From Octopus vulgaris (Eukaryota): a stretch of DNA of 64,000 bases. The notes beneath the pieces were generated by a model that saw only the letters and a list, made by a program, of their open reading frames with translations, had not been told where the DNA came from and ran no database searches. Shown in pieces: positions 12,680-25,344 of the stretch (position 1 is its first letter; each line of letters opens with the position of its first letter). Location of the stretch: assembly GCA_951406725.2 (NCBI GenBank), contig OX597814.1, forward strand, positions 175,646,001 through 175,710,000, read 5' to 3'. The translations under genes were made by a program, and so were the position numbers.

Positions 12680-13069
12680 ATTGATGGAAACTCTTACGTT
12701 TGATGAAAATGATCTTACGTTCACTTTCGAGTCTTTTCTGATTATCTCCCTTGAAAGCACGCTCATATTTTCCACGTAAGTTATGGCGGTGTTGTTGTTT
12801 CCAAGGTTTTATTTTCGTTTCTCTCTTATTAATTTTACTCGAGCCTCTATCTTAGTGGAAACTGATGGATAACGAAATCAAACGACATAATCAGCAACAA
12901 AACCGTTCAGAAATTATATAGCAATAAAATATTCAGTATCAATAATAAATTCAATTTATCCTCAACAATTTTTAATTTTACCAATTTTGAATATATCGCT
13001 CCTGTTTAAAAACTTTTACCTACTTGACAATTGCATTTCTAGCTCTGCATTGAAGGGAGCTTTACTTCT

Positions 13070-13245
13070 TGGACTCGCATTTTTGTGCGCAATGATGTTG
13101 TTAAACTTCCGTTAACAGCACCGTATGCAGGTCCTTTCCGTTTTCTTTCACGCACGGATAAAGTTTTCACTATAGATCTTAATGGTCGTAAAGACACTAT
13201 ATCAGTGGACAGATTACAGACTAAAAAAGGCCGTCATAGAGAAAA
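13070..13245 (+). mobile_element. Gypsy/Ty3 LTR-retrotransposon integrase C-terminal (GPY/F) relic
   Basis: VRNDVVKLPLTAPYAGPFRFLSRTDKVFTIDLNGRKDTISVDRL, continuing to KKA after a 7-bp duplication, is a typical GPY/F module. Confidence 0.8.
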
Positions 13246-13507
13246 CTGTCCATGTTCCCACTGCAGACGGCACATACACAGTATTACAAACACAGACCAC
13301 ATACCCACCTCCACATTCCATGACTACCATTGGGATCGATCAGGTACCGGAAAAGGATTCTGGATTCTTTTCCCGTTTGTTTTACTTAATTTTTGAGAGC
13401 GATCGGTTTCATTTTCAGTATTCTCGTTTGTGAGAGTAGTCGAGTTTATTTCATATCTTGAGAGGATGGTGTTGCCTTGGCGGAGGATTGAGCTCTCTAA
13501 GTGCTCT

Positions 13508-13521
13508 TATTATTATTATAA

Positions 13522-13613
<92 letters not shown>
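13508..13613. repeat. (ATT)n microsatellite
   Basis: Directly visible. Confidence 0.98.
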
Positions 13614-14489
13614 GTTCTGGAATTTTATGTCACATTGTCTTTTGAGAATTACGCTTGTGTACTACAGCAATTTTACTTTGTTTTAAAGTTTGATATGTTG
13701 TGTCTGGTGTTGTACATTCCAGTCGGCTGTGTACAGTATGTGTGATGTGATTTGTGTTATTGTATTGGGTGATGCTCGTGCTTCATATATGCTCTTTGCT
13801 TCTGTGCTATATGTTTAAGCTGTCGAACGACGATTGTATTTTTTTAAATGATGTGTTATTAGTGTTTCAAATTCTAGTTCTAGACAGTGATTGAGTAGAA
13901 TACATTCTGGTTGCATCGGTGTAGAAAGTGAGTTGTATGAGTTGGTGTTATGGTATCAGGTATCAATTATGAGGAAGCACGTTGGTCATAAAGCAAATCA
14001 GATTAGCTAAGCTGGAAATCAGGAAGGAATGCATAGGGATTTGACTATTAATTCTGATCCACCAAAGGGAAGGTGTTACAAAGGTTCAAGGCTAGAAACT
14101 GTCAATGAACGTTGGACACCGTCTAATGATATCAACACCTCCCGGTTATGGCTATAAAAGGGAAGTATCTTTTAGATGATGTCATTCGTATTGTTACACT
14201 CACACACATACACACATACACACACACATGTGTGTGTGTGACTGTGTGCGTGTGTGTGTGCGTGCGTGTGCGTGTGTCTATAGGAAGAAAGGGAAATGTA
14301 ATAGAAATGTAAAATAGAAAGAATGGAAGAGAAAAAGTGTGCACACAGATACAGATTTTGCTCTTAATCTCTTGTTTGCTCTAATCCTATATCATGAACA
14401 TGTCGTTTGTAAAGCAGACATCTTTGAGAACGGTGTGGGTGTCAGATAACATGGCATCCTAGACAGACATGTAGAGATGCTGACAGGCA

Positions 14490-14546
<57 letters not shown>

Positions 14547-14612
14547 TGATACAGCTACAAACATACAAACATACATACATACATACATACATACATACAT
14601 ACATAATACATA

Positions 14613-14860
14613 GGCGTAGGAGTGACTGTGTGCTAAGTAGCTTGCTTACCTACCACATAGTTCCGGGTTCAGTCCCATTGCGTGGCATCTTGGGCAAGTG
14701 TCTTTACGCTCCCATAACTTAGCGGTTCGGCAAAAGAGACCGATAGAATAAGTACTAGGCTTACAAAGAATAAGTCCTGGGGTCGATATACTCGACTAAA
14801 GGCGGTGCTCCCGCATGGCCACAGTCAAATGACTGAAACAAGTAAAAGAGTAAAATAGTA
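14613..14860 (+). mobile_element. tRNA-derived SINE family B (CORE-like), internally deleted
   Basis: Head ggcgtaggagtgactgtgtg...ggttcagtccc, core tcttgggcaagtgtct and tail ggcggtgctcc...gactgaaacaagtaaaagag are shared with copies at 43.1, 49.4, 54.0 and 62.6 kb. Confidence 0.9.
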
Positions 14861-15286
14861 TAGACACAAACACCACTCACACACACGTGTATATACATAC
14901 AAATAGATATAGGTATAGATAGATATATAGTTAGAGATATACAGAGGGATGGAATAATAATAAGAGAGTGAAGAGATATGTCACCAATTCTGTAAATGAA
15001 AACACTCTAGATGTGCTTTTCTCCAGTCAATTTGTTGTATATTACATAGCTGTTTTTTTTTTCTGCGCTTTTGTTGAAACAATTCGAAATTCTTAAAATA
15101 TTCAGTTTTCTTGAATTTCTTTTTATTTCATGTTAATGGCAATATGCTGCTTCTTTCCACTTTTAGTTTGAGTGGGCGAAACAAGAATGTGTACTTATTT
15201 ATATAAGTGCATACATACACTCACACATATGTTTCAAATGTTTGCTTCTTAAACTTATCTTACATTAACACTTCTTTTTCTTTTAG

Positions 15287-15383
15287 GTTTGCTGGGGGAT
15301 CAATCATTTTCAATTTTTCAGTATGTAATAGAAGTAACGATAAAAGTATTTCAAAGAGAACAGTATATTTATCTTAGCATCTG
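15287..15383 (+). other. Candidate 97-nt internal exon (non-coding/UTR or unknown gene)
   Basis: Branch-like cattaac, pyrimidine tract cttctttttcttttAG and donor CTG/gtaagg, in unique sequence. No recognisable protein. Confidence 0.3.
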
Positions 15384-15674
15384 GTAAGGCTCGTGTAGGA
15401 CTTTAAATTATGTGTTATTTGCATGGCTGTTTTGATTTACTTTTAGTTGTGCTCGTGACTGTATGTCTATATTTGCGTTCTTAATTTCAAGAGGTCTCTT
15501 AAAGAAAACAATAATTGATCAGGTTTTCGTATGTAACTCCACCATCAACAAATCATTACTTAAAACCGTAGGGAGTATAATTCTAGATGATATTTTGTCC
15601 AGCTTTTACTGAAAGGAGCATTAGTTGAAATATATGTTTTATATATGAAATATAAGTTGCTAAAATACCCAAAG

Positions 15675-15900
15675 GTGGAGGCGCAATGGCCCAGTGGTTA
15701 GGGCAGCGGACTCGCGGTCGGAGGATCGCAGTTTCGATTCCCAGACAGGGCGTTGTGTGTGTTTACTGAGCGAAAACACCTAAAGTTCCAAGAAACCCGG
15801 CAGGAGTGGGGTGGGGGGGTGACACCTGTTGCACTCTTTCGCCCCAACTTTCTCTCACTCTCTCTTCCTGTTTCTTGAGTAACGCTGCGATGGACTGGCG
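15675..15900 (+). mobile_element. tRNA-derived SINE family C, 3'-truncated
   Basis: A box tggcccagtgg, B box gtttcgattcc, body shared with 32654-32948, ending at gcgatggactggcg. Confidence 0.9.
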
Positions 15901-16289
15901 AAATTTTGGAGGAGATCGACTCCAGTACGCAACTGGTACTTAATTTAACGACCCCGAAGGGATGAAAGACAAAGTCGACTTCGGCGGAATTTGAACTGAG
16001 GTCGTAAAGACAGACGAAATATCGTAAAGCATTGCTCCCGACTGCTAACGTTTCTTATTTCTTTACTGCCCACAGGAGGCTACACACAGAGGGGACAAAC
16101 AAGGACAGACAAACGGATTAAGTGGATTATATATCGATCCCAGTGCGTAACTGGTACTTATTTAATCGAACCCGAAAGGATGAAAGGCAAAGTCGATCTC
16201 GGTGGAATTTGAACTCAGAACGTAGCGGCAGACGAAATACCGCTAAGCATTTCGCCCGGCGTGCTACCGTTTCTGCCAGCTCGCCGCCT
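15901..16289 (-). mobile_element. Two nested/tandem SINE family A copies (Meta/MESC-like core)
   Basis: Reverse complement of ggcggcgagctggcagaa...gagttcaaattcc...ctttgcctttcatcctttcggg...aagtaccag. Full copy at 16056-16289, partial at 15901-16055. Confidence 0.92.
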
Positions 16290-16711
16290 TATCATTTGGA
16301 AGTATTAACTAATCATGACATACTGTTAAGAACGGTCTGACTCTGTGAAGTGCAAATTGCTCTGAACGTCATAAATTGCATTAAAAACGTATGAACATCA
16401 CAACGTTCTCTTCTCCCCTGAAGTCAATGATGCGGGCGGCTTACTGTTGGATATACATAATTATTAAATGCCAACCGTTTGCATTTTTCCTATCTAATTA
16501 CATCTTCGTGCTATAAATAAAATATTATATGATTTATTTCACAAACTAGCAAATCATGAGAGGAATAGACAATAGTGCATCAAACGATAGTTTAGAATCT
16601 TTCTATAATAAATATCAAACCACACTCACATAAACACGCATGCGTGCATGGAGCATGAACACACACACACACACACACAACCACACACACACCACCACAC
16701 ACACACACAAC

Positions 16712-16743
<32 letters not shown>

Positions 16744-16751
16744 TACATACA

Positions 16752-16782
<31 letters not shown>

Positions 16783-16939
16783 GCACACATTTTTCATGGG
16801 CAGCTTTGACTTTTTCTGTCTAAAAGGGCTTGGGCATCCCAATAATTAAATGGTCTTATTTATCGCTTTCTGTGTTTGCGTTGGGGTATTCCAAGAAAGA
16901 AAAAAAATTATTTCATTTCTTTTATGTTTTTTCCTCTTT

Positions 16940-17171
16940 TATATGTTTCACTTGTTAGGTTGTTGCTGTGTGTTGCAGCACCATCTCGAATTTTAGTCGG
17001 ACGAATCGACCCCAGTACTTATTTTTTCTAAGCTTGGTACTTATTCTATCGATTTCTATTGTTGAACTGTTAAGTCATGCGTATATAAACACACTAACAT
17101 AGGTTGTCAAGGAGTGGTGGCTCACACACACACATGCGCAAACACACGTACACACACACACACATACATTC

Positions 17172-17213
<42 letters not shown>

Positions 17214-17352
17214 GTGTATATATATGACGGCGTCTTTCGTTTTCCATCGACCAAAACCACTCACAAAGCTTCGGTTGGCCCTGGAGTGTAAGCAGAAGAC
17301 ACTTGCCCAAGTGCCATGTCGTAGGAGCGAATCCAGAACCATGTGTTTGAGA
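16940..17352 (-). mobile_element. SINE family B, degenerate, with internal microsatellite
   Basis: agacacttgcccaagtgcc core and tail similarity to other B copies. Confidence 0.8.
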
Positions 17353-17433
17353 TGGTATACATACACACATACATATACATACATACATACATACGTACGT
17401 ACGTACATATATATATATATATATGTACGTACG

Positions 17434-17508
<75 letters not shown>

Positions 17509-17522
17509 TAGATATATATATA

Positions 17523-18879
17523 CAGGGGTTGGACAAAATAATGGAAACACCTAAAATTTTCAAACAAATTTATTTTAATAAGGGGTAGGACCGCCTTTGG
17601 CAGTACTTACAGCTTGAATTCTATGGGGTATGAACTCGTACAAAGTTTGAATTGTTTCCAAAGTAATTTTTGTCCATTCTTCAGCTAAAATAATCTCCAG
17701 TTCTTGTAGTTGTGATGGTGGAGGATATCGACCCCTTACTTGTTTTTCTAAAATGCACCAAACATGTTCAATAATATTGAGATTTGTGGACTGTGGTGGC
17801 CAGATAAGGTGTTCAACTTCACTAGAATGTTCCTCGTGCCATTCAGTAACAACTTTAGCTGTGCGAATTGGTGCATTATCATGCTGAAAGATTGCGTTTT
17901 CCTCTGGAAACAGTTCTGCAACCATAGGATGAAAGTGATCAGATAAAATGCTTAAATAGTCTTGACTATTAATTCTACTATGAAGGGCATAACCATTGGG
18001 CCGGCGAATTTCCAAGATATCCAGATCATCTGTGATGATCTGGGTATCTTGTGATGATCTGGATATCCAAGATATCCAGATCATCACAAGATATCCAGAT
18101 CCACCAAGATCATCACAGTTCCTCCTCCATGTTTAACAGTTGGAAGAAGGCAGTCTGGGTCAAATGCTTCTTTTCGCTCTTTCTACACGCATACTCGGCC
18201 GGTGATTGGAAATAAGGTAAATGATGACTCGTTCGAGAAAATAACATTCTCCCACTGCTTTAGAGACCAATTCTGTAGGTTTTTACTCCATTCCAAATGC
18301 GTTGCAACGTTTGTGCTTGAAAGTAGCGGTTTTCTGATTGCAGCCCTTCCAAGAAATCCGGCTTTGTTGCAGCTGCCGGCGAACAGTTTTTGTGGAAACA
18401 GGGTTCTCGAGATGGTCATTAAGCTCTGCAGTAATTTTGGGAGCTGTATTTTGTGATCCTTTCTAACAATTCGCGTAAGAGTTTGACAGTCCCTATCTGA
18501 AAGTTTTGGTTTTCTTTCGGAGTTTTGTTTCGCGAAGAGGTTTTTCCCTCTTTCTCAAAGACTGTCTTTCGAGACAGTACTTTCGAGACAATACTTCTTG
18601 ATACACCAAACATTTCGGCTGTTTTTGTTACGCTAGCGCCTGCCATACGAGCACCAACAACTTGACCTCTTTGAAAGTCCGATAGATCTGCCATTTCAAT
18701 GAATTTTAATTACCTGATGATATCTGCAAAGAAACAACAATTTTAGCAAAACATACTAAGCAACACTAATCATAAATGAAAAAAAATATAAAAAGAAACA
18801 AGCTTTTGACGGTTTTATAAATGTTTCAAAATTATGACGCTATGATGCTAGGTGTTTCCATTGTTTTGTCTAACCCCTG
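17523..18879 (-). mobile_element. Full-length Tc1-like DNA transposon (DD36E spacing), inactivated
   Basis: 31-bp TIRs caggggttggacaaaataatggaaacaccta (17523-17553) and 18849-18879 with 2 mismatches. TA on both sides; inserted in microsatellite. Confidence 0.96.
17575..18694 (-). pseudogene. Tc1-family transposase pseudogene
   Basis: MADLSDFQRGQVVGARMAGASVTKTA (HTH), GRAAIRKPLLS, VIFSNES (first Asp changed to Asn), FQHDNAP..WPPQSTNLNIIEHVW and KGGPTPY, split over three ORFs. Confidence 0.95.
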
Positions 18880-18944
18880 TACATACATACATACATACAT
18901 ACATACATACATACATACATACATACATACATACATAGTAGATT

Positions 18945-19139
18945 ATATGTGAATAGTAAAATTTCAATCTATTAAATGCTTCATAAAAATATATATGTCA
19001 AATAAATATTTCGATATAAAAGGTAAACATTCTCATTGAAATAATACATGCATATATTTGCCTTTTATATCGAAATATTTATTTTGCATATATATTTTCA
19101 TGAACTATTTAATGGATTGAAATTTTGCTTTTCATATAT
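18945..19139. repeat. AT-rich inverted repeat (~83-bp arms), MITE/foldback-like
   Basis: aaaatttcaatctattaaat..ttcataaaaatatatatg..aaataaatatttcgatataaaagg pairs with ccttttatatcgaaatatttattt..catatatattttcatgaa..atttaatggattgaaatttt; loop ~29 nt. Confidence 0.88.
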
Positions 19140-19342
19140 GGACTGATAACCCAGAATTTTGTCTCAAATCCAAAATCTTCCATAACATTCCAATAGCCTA
19201 ATTTACTTTGAGTACTAAACAGTTGTGCTATATACGAAGTATAGTTCTCCCTATTCAACACACACACACACACACACACACATACATACATACATACATA
19301 CATACATACATACATACATACATACATACATACATACATACA

Positions 19343-19375
<33 letters not shown>

Positions 19376-19972
19376 GCACACATACACACACATATATATG
19401 TATGTATTATGTGTGCGTATGTGCGTGTGTGTACGATCGAAGAGACCTCAAAGAGGCTATTGTGTTAACCTGTATCTACAATTCTTGTATTATTTAGTAA
19501 AATCCACAAATAGAGTATAGTGACCTAGCCGTAAGGAGTGGAAAATTCAACGTTTCGGGAAAAGTTGACAGAAGATAGATTATAGAGACACAGCAGGGTT
19601 TTACATCCATTCAGTAAGTACGATCTCACTGCGGGGAAACTTGCTTTAGTATTTCTAATGAAAGCCTTAATATCTTCTGAGTGAAATTGCGAAATCCCGA
19701 CATATGTGGATGCGCCTGTTTTTGTATAAATTTTTATGAAATACATATTTAAATCCGTAAAAGAAAGTAACTCTACAAAGATCGTCATTATCATCAACAT
19801 TAGGCAGCGTATGTTCTCAGCTATTTGAATACCACACGTCCTCGAGGATTCATTCCTTTTTATAACTTTATATATCTGTTTATACATATACATAACCACG
19901 CACAAAAACGCACACATATATAATGTTTACCTACCTACCTACATACATACATATATACATGCATACATACAT

Positions 19973-20526
19973 GGTGGCTGCCCCCTTGTTATCGAGTATG
20001 GCCATTGCACGAAGCTTAATCAATGTTGTTATCGTGCAATGCCTGTGCAAGAAGATTTTTTTAAAGTGAGGAAAGGCTGTGCACTGAGTCAATCCCACTC
20101 AATAAGCAACAGCGGCCATAATCCGAAAAGAAGAACAAGTCAACATCATCGCTAACCATTGAGTCGCAGGTTTCATGTCGGAGTTATCCCAGTTACCTGA
20201 GTTACCTTCTACTAGAAGGATGCCCTAACTAAGGCTAGGAGTCCTTCACTCCCAATGGTTTAACTGCGCGATCGGGTATTCAGTCCGATTATTTCTATGT
20301 CCCCGCGCATGATACAGCCTTAAGACATTTATTGGATGGCCGTTGACTCTCAAGAGTTCCTCCGCCCTTTGACGGGTTTTGTTTTTTCATCCCGCAGGGT
20401 GTCCAATAAACACCCTCCTCACCAAGCAAGCTTGGTGGGGTTGCCGGTTTAGTCGCCGACGACCCGACCATGCAACAAATTGTACTGGGTTACATGTTAC
20501 CAGTAGCACTCGAAAGTGACCTGACG
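19973..20526 (-). mobile_element. Probable RTE-derived non-autonomous retroelement in (TACA)n
   Basis: GC-rich 550-bp block flanked by TACA repeats. Minus-strand agccttagttagggcatccttctagtagaaggtaactc resembles the conserved RTE 5'-UTR motif (from recall). No RT ORF. Confidence 0.55.
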
Positions 20527-20538
20527 TACATACATACA

Positions 20539-20572
<34 letters not shown>

Positions 20573-23500
20573 GTAAACCAGCAAAAAAATACAGTAAACT
20601 TGCCGTGAGATAAGTTGACAGAAAAGGAGTCATAGGGTGACAGCAGGGTTTTCACATCCTCTAAGTTGGGAAAATATTTTCTGATTGCTGGTAGGATTGA
20701 AGAATAAAGAAGTCTGCTTTGTAACCTATCCGCAATCAGAAAATATTGAACCACTAGAGGCATATTTGTTAATCACTGTGTATATGCGTGAAGTTTCTAA
20801 CCAACTAGTTCATTCTCCAAAATTTTCTACTAGTCTTGCAACTTGCCTTATTGCGACTCTGACGTTACTAAAACTTGCTTCAACAATCCCCACAATTTCA
20901 AGTCAGTATGATGTCAAGTTGCTACGATGTGTATAATACGTCAAACTGATCGGAACCGAGAAATGCTCCAAAATAACCATTTAGTGATTCTAATCTTACA
21001 TAGGTCAAAGCCACAGATTTTGGAGAAGTGTGGTTAATCAACTTTATTGATCCTGGCATTTAACTTGTAATTAATTTCATTATTGACCTGAGAATAATGA
21101 AAGTCAAAGTCGACGTTGGAGGGATTTGAACTCAGAATTTGAAAGGACATCACTAATTACTGCAAAGTTGTTCTATCGATTCTGTCAATTCTCCGTTGTT
21201 AATGATGATTGATGACAAAACAAGAATATTGAAGAACAAACGACTTTCGATTTGGTTCGGAATTGAGCTGGAAAGGTTAATTCAATATCCTGGTCTGGGT
21301 TATATTCAGTAAGTGAACGTGCATCTGAATGAAGTAGTGGTGTTTGGAAGCAGTATTTTAACAATGTCGATAATGGGAGATTAAACAGAAGAAGAGAAAA
21401 ACAAGAAAAGACGAGATCAATAAGGAAACGCTGAAAACTTTAATACATACCGTTCTTTCTCATGAAACAGGACTAATCTATACACGTTTGAAAGATCTCG
21501 AACAATATATATTGTTCGTAATCTCTCAATCGCTTCCTAACCACGAGAAAATAAAGCCCCCCTCCCATAGGATACAATTATTGTGAGAGCTCAAGAATGG
21601 AAAGATTTCTGTGAGTGATCCATTCTTACAATGCATATAAAATACCGGAAAGTCTAGGAAATGTTATGTGCGTGTTTGAATTCTTTAATACAAATCACAT
21701 ATATTTTAACAAGTATTAAAGAAAAAAATTGTCACTTTGTAATTACTTCCCTAGAATTTCCACTTTCTTTTAGACGATTCTTGGATTCATGATTTTTCCG
21801 ATGTTTCATCATTCAGAATTCTGATGTCCCAATGCAATAAACTTAGGTTGCTATACGTACAACATTATCTCATATACAATCAATATAGCTAAAGCACAAT
21901 TTACGTCTGGGTCAATAGACATGGTTTATCATACCATCGATGAATAAAGTTATTTTATTTATACAAAACATTCCTTCTCTTACATATTCTATAGGTCACT
22001 CTAAACCTCTTTTGCATCAACAAAATAATCAATATCATACGCCTTATAATCCATAATTTGTTTTTATTACGCTGTTTTCGTTTTTTTTTGTCAATTTGAA
22101 GGTTCAATCGCCCACACGAAAATCGTTACTTCAATTGTATATAAAAATGTGGACGTTTAAACATTAACAGCACAACAAATGAATTTATAGTAAAATCAAC
22201 AAAAGATCACAATGATGATTAAAAAGTATTGGGTTAACCCCTTGATACCAACTTACTGTTTAGAGCTAATAAAACAAATTCAAACAGTCTCCAAGCCTAT
22301 AAAACCGCAAACGCATCTTTCAAATATTGAATTCTTATGAAGAATACTTTTTATGTTATGCAGTAACGTATTTTTATCCTTATATCTGTGACACAAATTC
22401 TGCGAGTTATATTAGTGTTATTATAATGGAACGTTGGAAAATGAAATATTAGCTGGAAGATTTCAGCTAAAATGAACCGATATTCGAAATGAATGACTAC
22501 AATTAAGCTTTAGCGATGTTAGGGGTGATAATATGGCGAGTGAGACTGCGGGGAAAATGTTATCTAATTTATTAACTGAGATGATCTTCCACTACTTTTG
22601 CTACATTTTCCGGCAAAACCTATACCATACTTTATAACCACTCTTCCATGCGAATGTTTGACCACCACAAGATAGTTATCCTTACGCTAAATTGTTCAAG
22701 CCAACACAGTAGTTTCTACAGCGTCACTCGATCTGCTGGACATAGCAGCTAATGTACATAAATAAAGGCAGTGAGCAGGGTAGAATCATTTGCGAGCAAA
22801 AGGCTAAGCGGCATGCCTTTCAGCTCTTTACGTTCTCAGTTCAAATCCTGGAGTTCAAGATCAAATGAAAGGAAAGCCATCAAATAATATTCTAACGTTT
22901 TATTTTCAGCCATAGCACATTGAATAATGTAATCCTATACACCCCTAAAAATATGGTATGATCCTGACTGGAATGCAGCTCCATCATTGGTTTGCTGGGT
23001 TAAAAAGAGAGACCAACTACATTCTCTGAATTTACATTAGTGAATATAGAAAATATATTCAGAAATTCGTATTTGATACTCTAGGAAATGTTTGCTTTCC
23101 ACTTATTTTGGTTTCATCTGAGACCTTTTGAGCGTCTTGCGTTTGGATGCCATATCGATCATTAAGGAATATGATCGTTTGTTACAGACTGGCAATTACT
23201 GTTCTGGATCAGTTGCTATTTCTGACAATCTTCTTATCCTATAATCTTTCTGCTTGGTCCTGGCGTCTTAGTGAGTGCCCGGATAGCGTCGATATAGGCA
23301 TAGAACGATTTATGCAATCGATAGTAGTCATTTTAAATGTTTTACTAAGCAAATATCGCTATAAAACCAGCGTATATCAGATTTAAAAGAAAATATATGC
23401 AATTTAGGGCACTAGTCTTGCCAATTCAGTTACCTACCTCTACTTCATATCCAGCATCGGGTTGATATTCTGTCTTAGCCAGTGTATTATATCCATAACC

Positions 23501-23763
23501 AAAGTACCTAACACGGGATTGACTCAATCTACCTACATATATCTATATTTGTCCTCTGAACAGGATGCCGCTTCGTCATATGATTATTCGTTTTTGCCAA
23601 CAAAGTCGACTACAGTAACATAAAATGAAATGTTTTACTAAAAAACAGTCCATGTCATGAATCCAACACAACTAAACACTAGGCTAAACGCCCCCACAAC
23701 TGAATAGTGGCTCGATGTAATTGAATGGCAAAATGTATATTAATATATATGAAAAATATATAA

Positions 23764-23975
23764 GGTGGCGAGCTGACAGAATCGTTAGCACGCTGGGCAA
23801 GATGCTTAGTGGCATTTCGTCCGTCTTTACGTTCTGAGCTTAAATTCCGTCGAGGTCGACTTTGCCTTTCATCCTTTCTGAGTCGATAAAATAAGTACCA
23901 GTTGAATTCTGAGGTCGGCGTAATCGACTTACTCTCTCCCCTTAAATTACTGGCATTGTGCCAAAATCTGATATC
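23764..23975 (+). mobile_element. SINE family A
   Basis: ggtggcgagctgacagaatcgttagc...gtcgactttgcctttcatcc...aagtaccag. Confidence 0.92.
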
Positions 23976-25082
23976 AATATTTATCAAAAATATATTGAAG
24001 TGGATCTGAATGTTCGAAGAAGAATTCCAACTGAGTAATATAAGACGCAAAAATAATCCTTTCCATCAATTATTCATTTTCTATTCCCGTTTCTTTCAAT
24101 GGTCAATTCCGTCTATTTATGATATTTATATACATTTAATTACATTAAACGCATATAAATTTATATACATTGAACTTCACCGGTCTTCAGAGGATAATGG
24201 AGTCTTTCGATAAGACATGCTCTTAACTCGGCAAGTTGCATTGTATATAAAATTCCATTTGCATTGTATATAAAATTCCGTTTGTAGTTTGTCTGGCTGA
24301 TATTCAGTTAAGGAGGATCAATTGCGGTCTTGATGGAAGTTAAAAGAATGGAGATAGTAAATAAATAGTTAATCAAAGAAGTGCCAATTAATGCATTTTA
24401 GCGGAGCAGCATAATTCAAAGATTTTAACTGACAAAAGAGAACATTAGCAAAATGGCTCTTGAATTTTGATATAGTTTGCAAACTAATGCAAGACTATTG
24501 CCATCTATGATTAAGCCTGTGAAGTTTATCACAGAGATTAATGTAACATAATTACTTTTCTTGACGTCTTAGTTACGGGATCAAGTTGTTAGTAGGTAGA
24601 TCATTTTTGATTAAATAAGGAATCAATCGCAAAAGCATTTGAAATGATTTAAACTCTTTCATTTCATTGTTAGAATCAATTTTAACCGAACTAGAGAATC
24701 TTTCAAGTCTGTGAATCCCAATTCTATTAGTTATTCTGCTTTCTTATCCTACATACTTCAACGATTTTTCTTTTGACTGCAGTAACGACTAAATTTGTAT
24801 GGAAGGAAGGAAGGAGATAAATTGGTAATACAATGAAATCGATTTAATCAACGCTAATATATTGCTTATTATTACCACTGTTGCATCGCTGAAAACGAAA
24901 ATTCTCAACTTTTTTGTAACTATTGATTGCTTTAAGGTTAAAAGTCTCTTTGCAGCAATGTGATTTCGAGCTCGATCTTGTTATGTGGCACCATCTGTTA
25001 TTATTTTTCTACAGCAGCCTTGGATCTACCAATCACTTATGCGCGAAATATGGTCGATAGATGTGCATTGTGCAGAGGACCA

Positions 25083-25294
25083 TATATATATATATGTATG
25101 TGTGTATGTATGTATGTATGTATGTATGTATGTATGTATGTATGTATGTATGTATGTGTATGTATGTATGTATGTATGTATGTATGTATGTATGTATGTA
25201 TGTATGTATGTATGTATGTATGTATGTATGTATGTATGTATGTATGTATGTATGTATGTATGTATGTATGTATGTATGTATGTATGTATGTATG

Positions 25295-25329
<35 letters not shown>

Positions 25330-25338
25330 ATATATATA
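25083..25338. repeat. (TATG)n/(TATC)n microsatellite
   Basis: Directly visible. Confidence 0.98.
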
Positions 25339-25344
25339 TTATGT

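Noticed and set aside
15675-15750. tRNA-like sequence (also at 32654 and 43595)
   Set aside because: A and B boxes are present but there is no complete acceptor stem or terminator, and each continues into a shared SINE body.
18010-18120. CRISPR-like short repeat array
   Set aside because: No unique spacers, mixed orientation, derived from the transposase sequence itself, and eukaryotic context.
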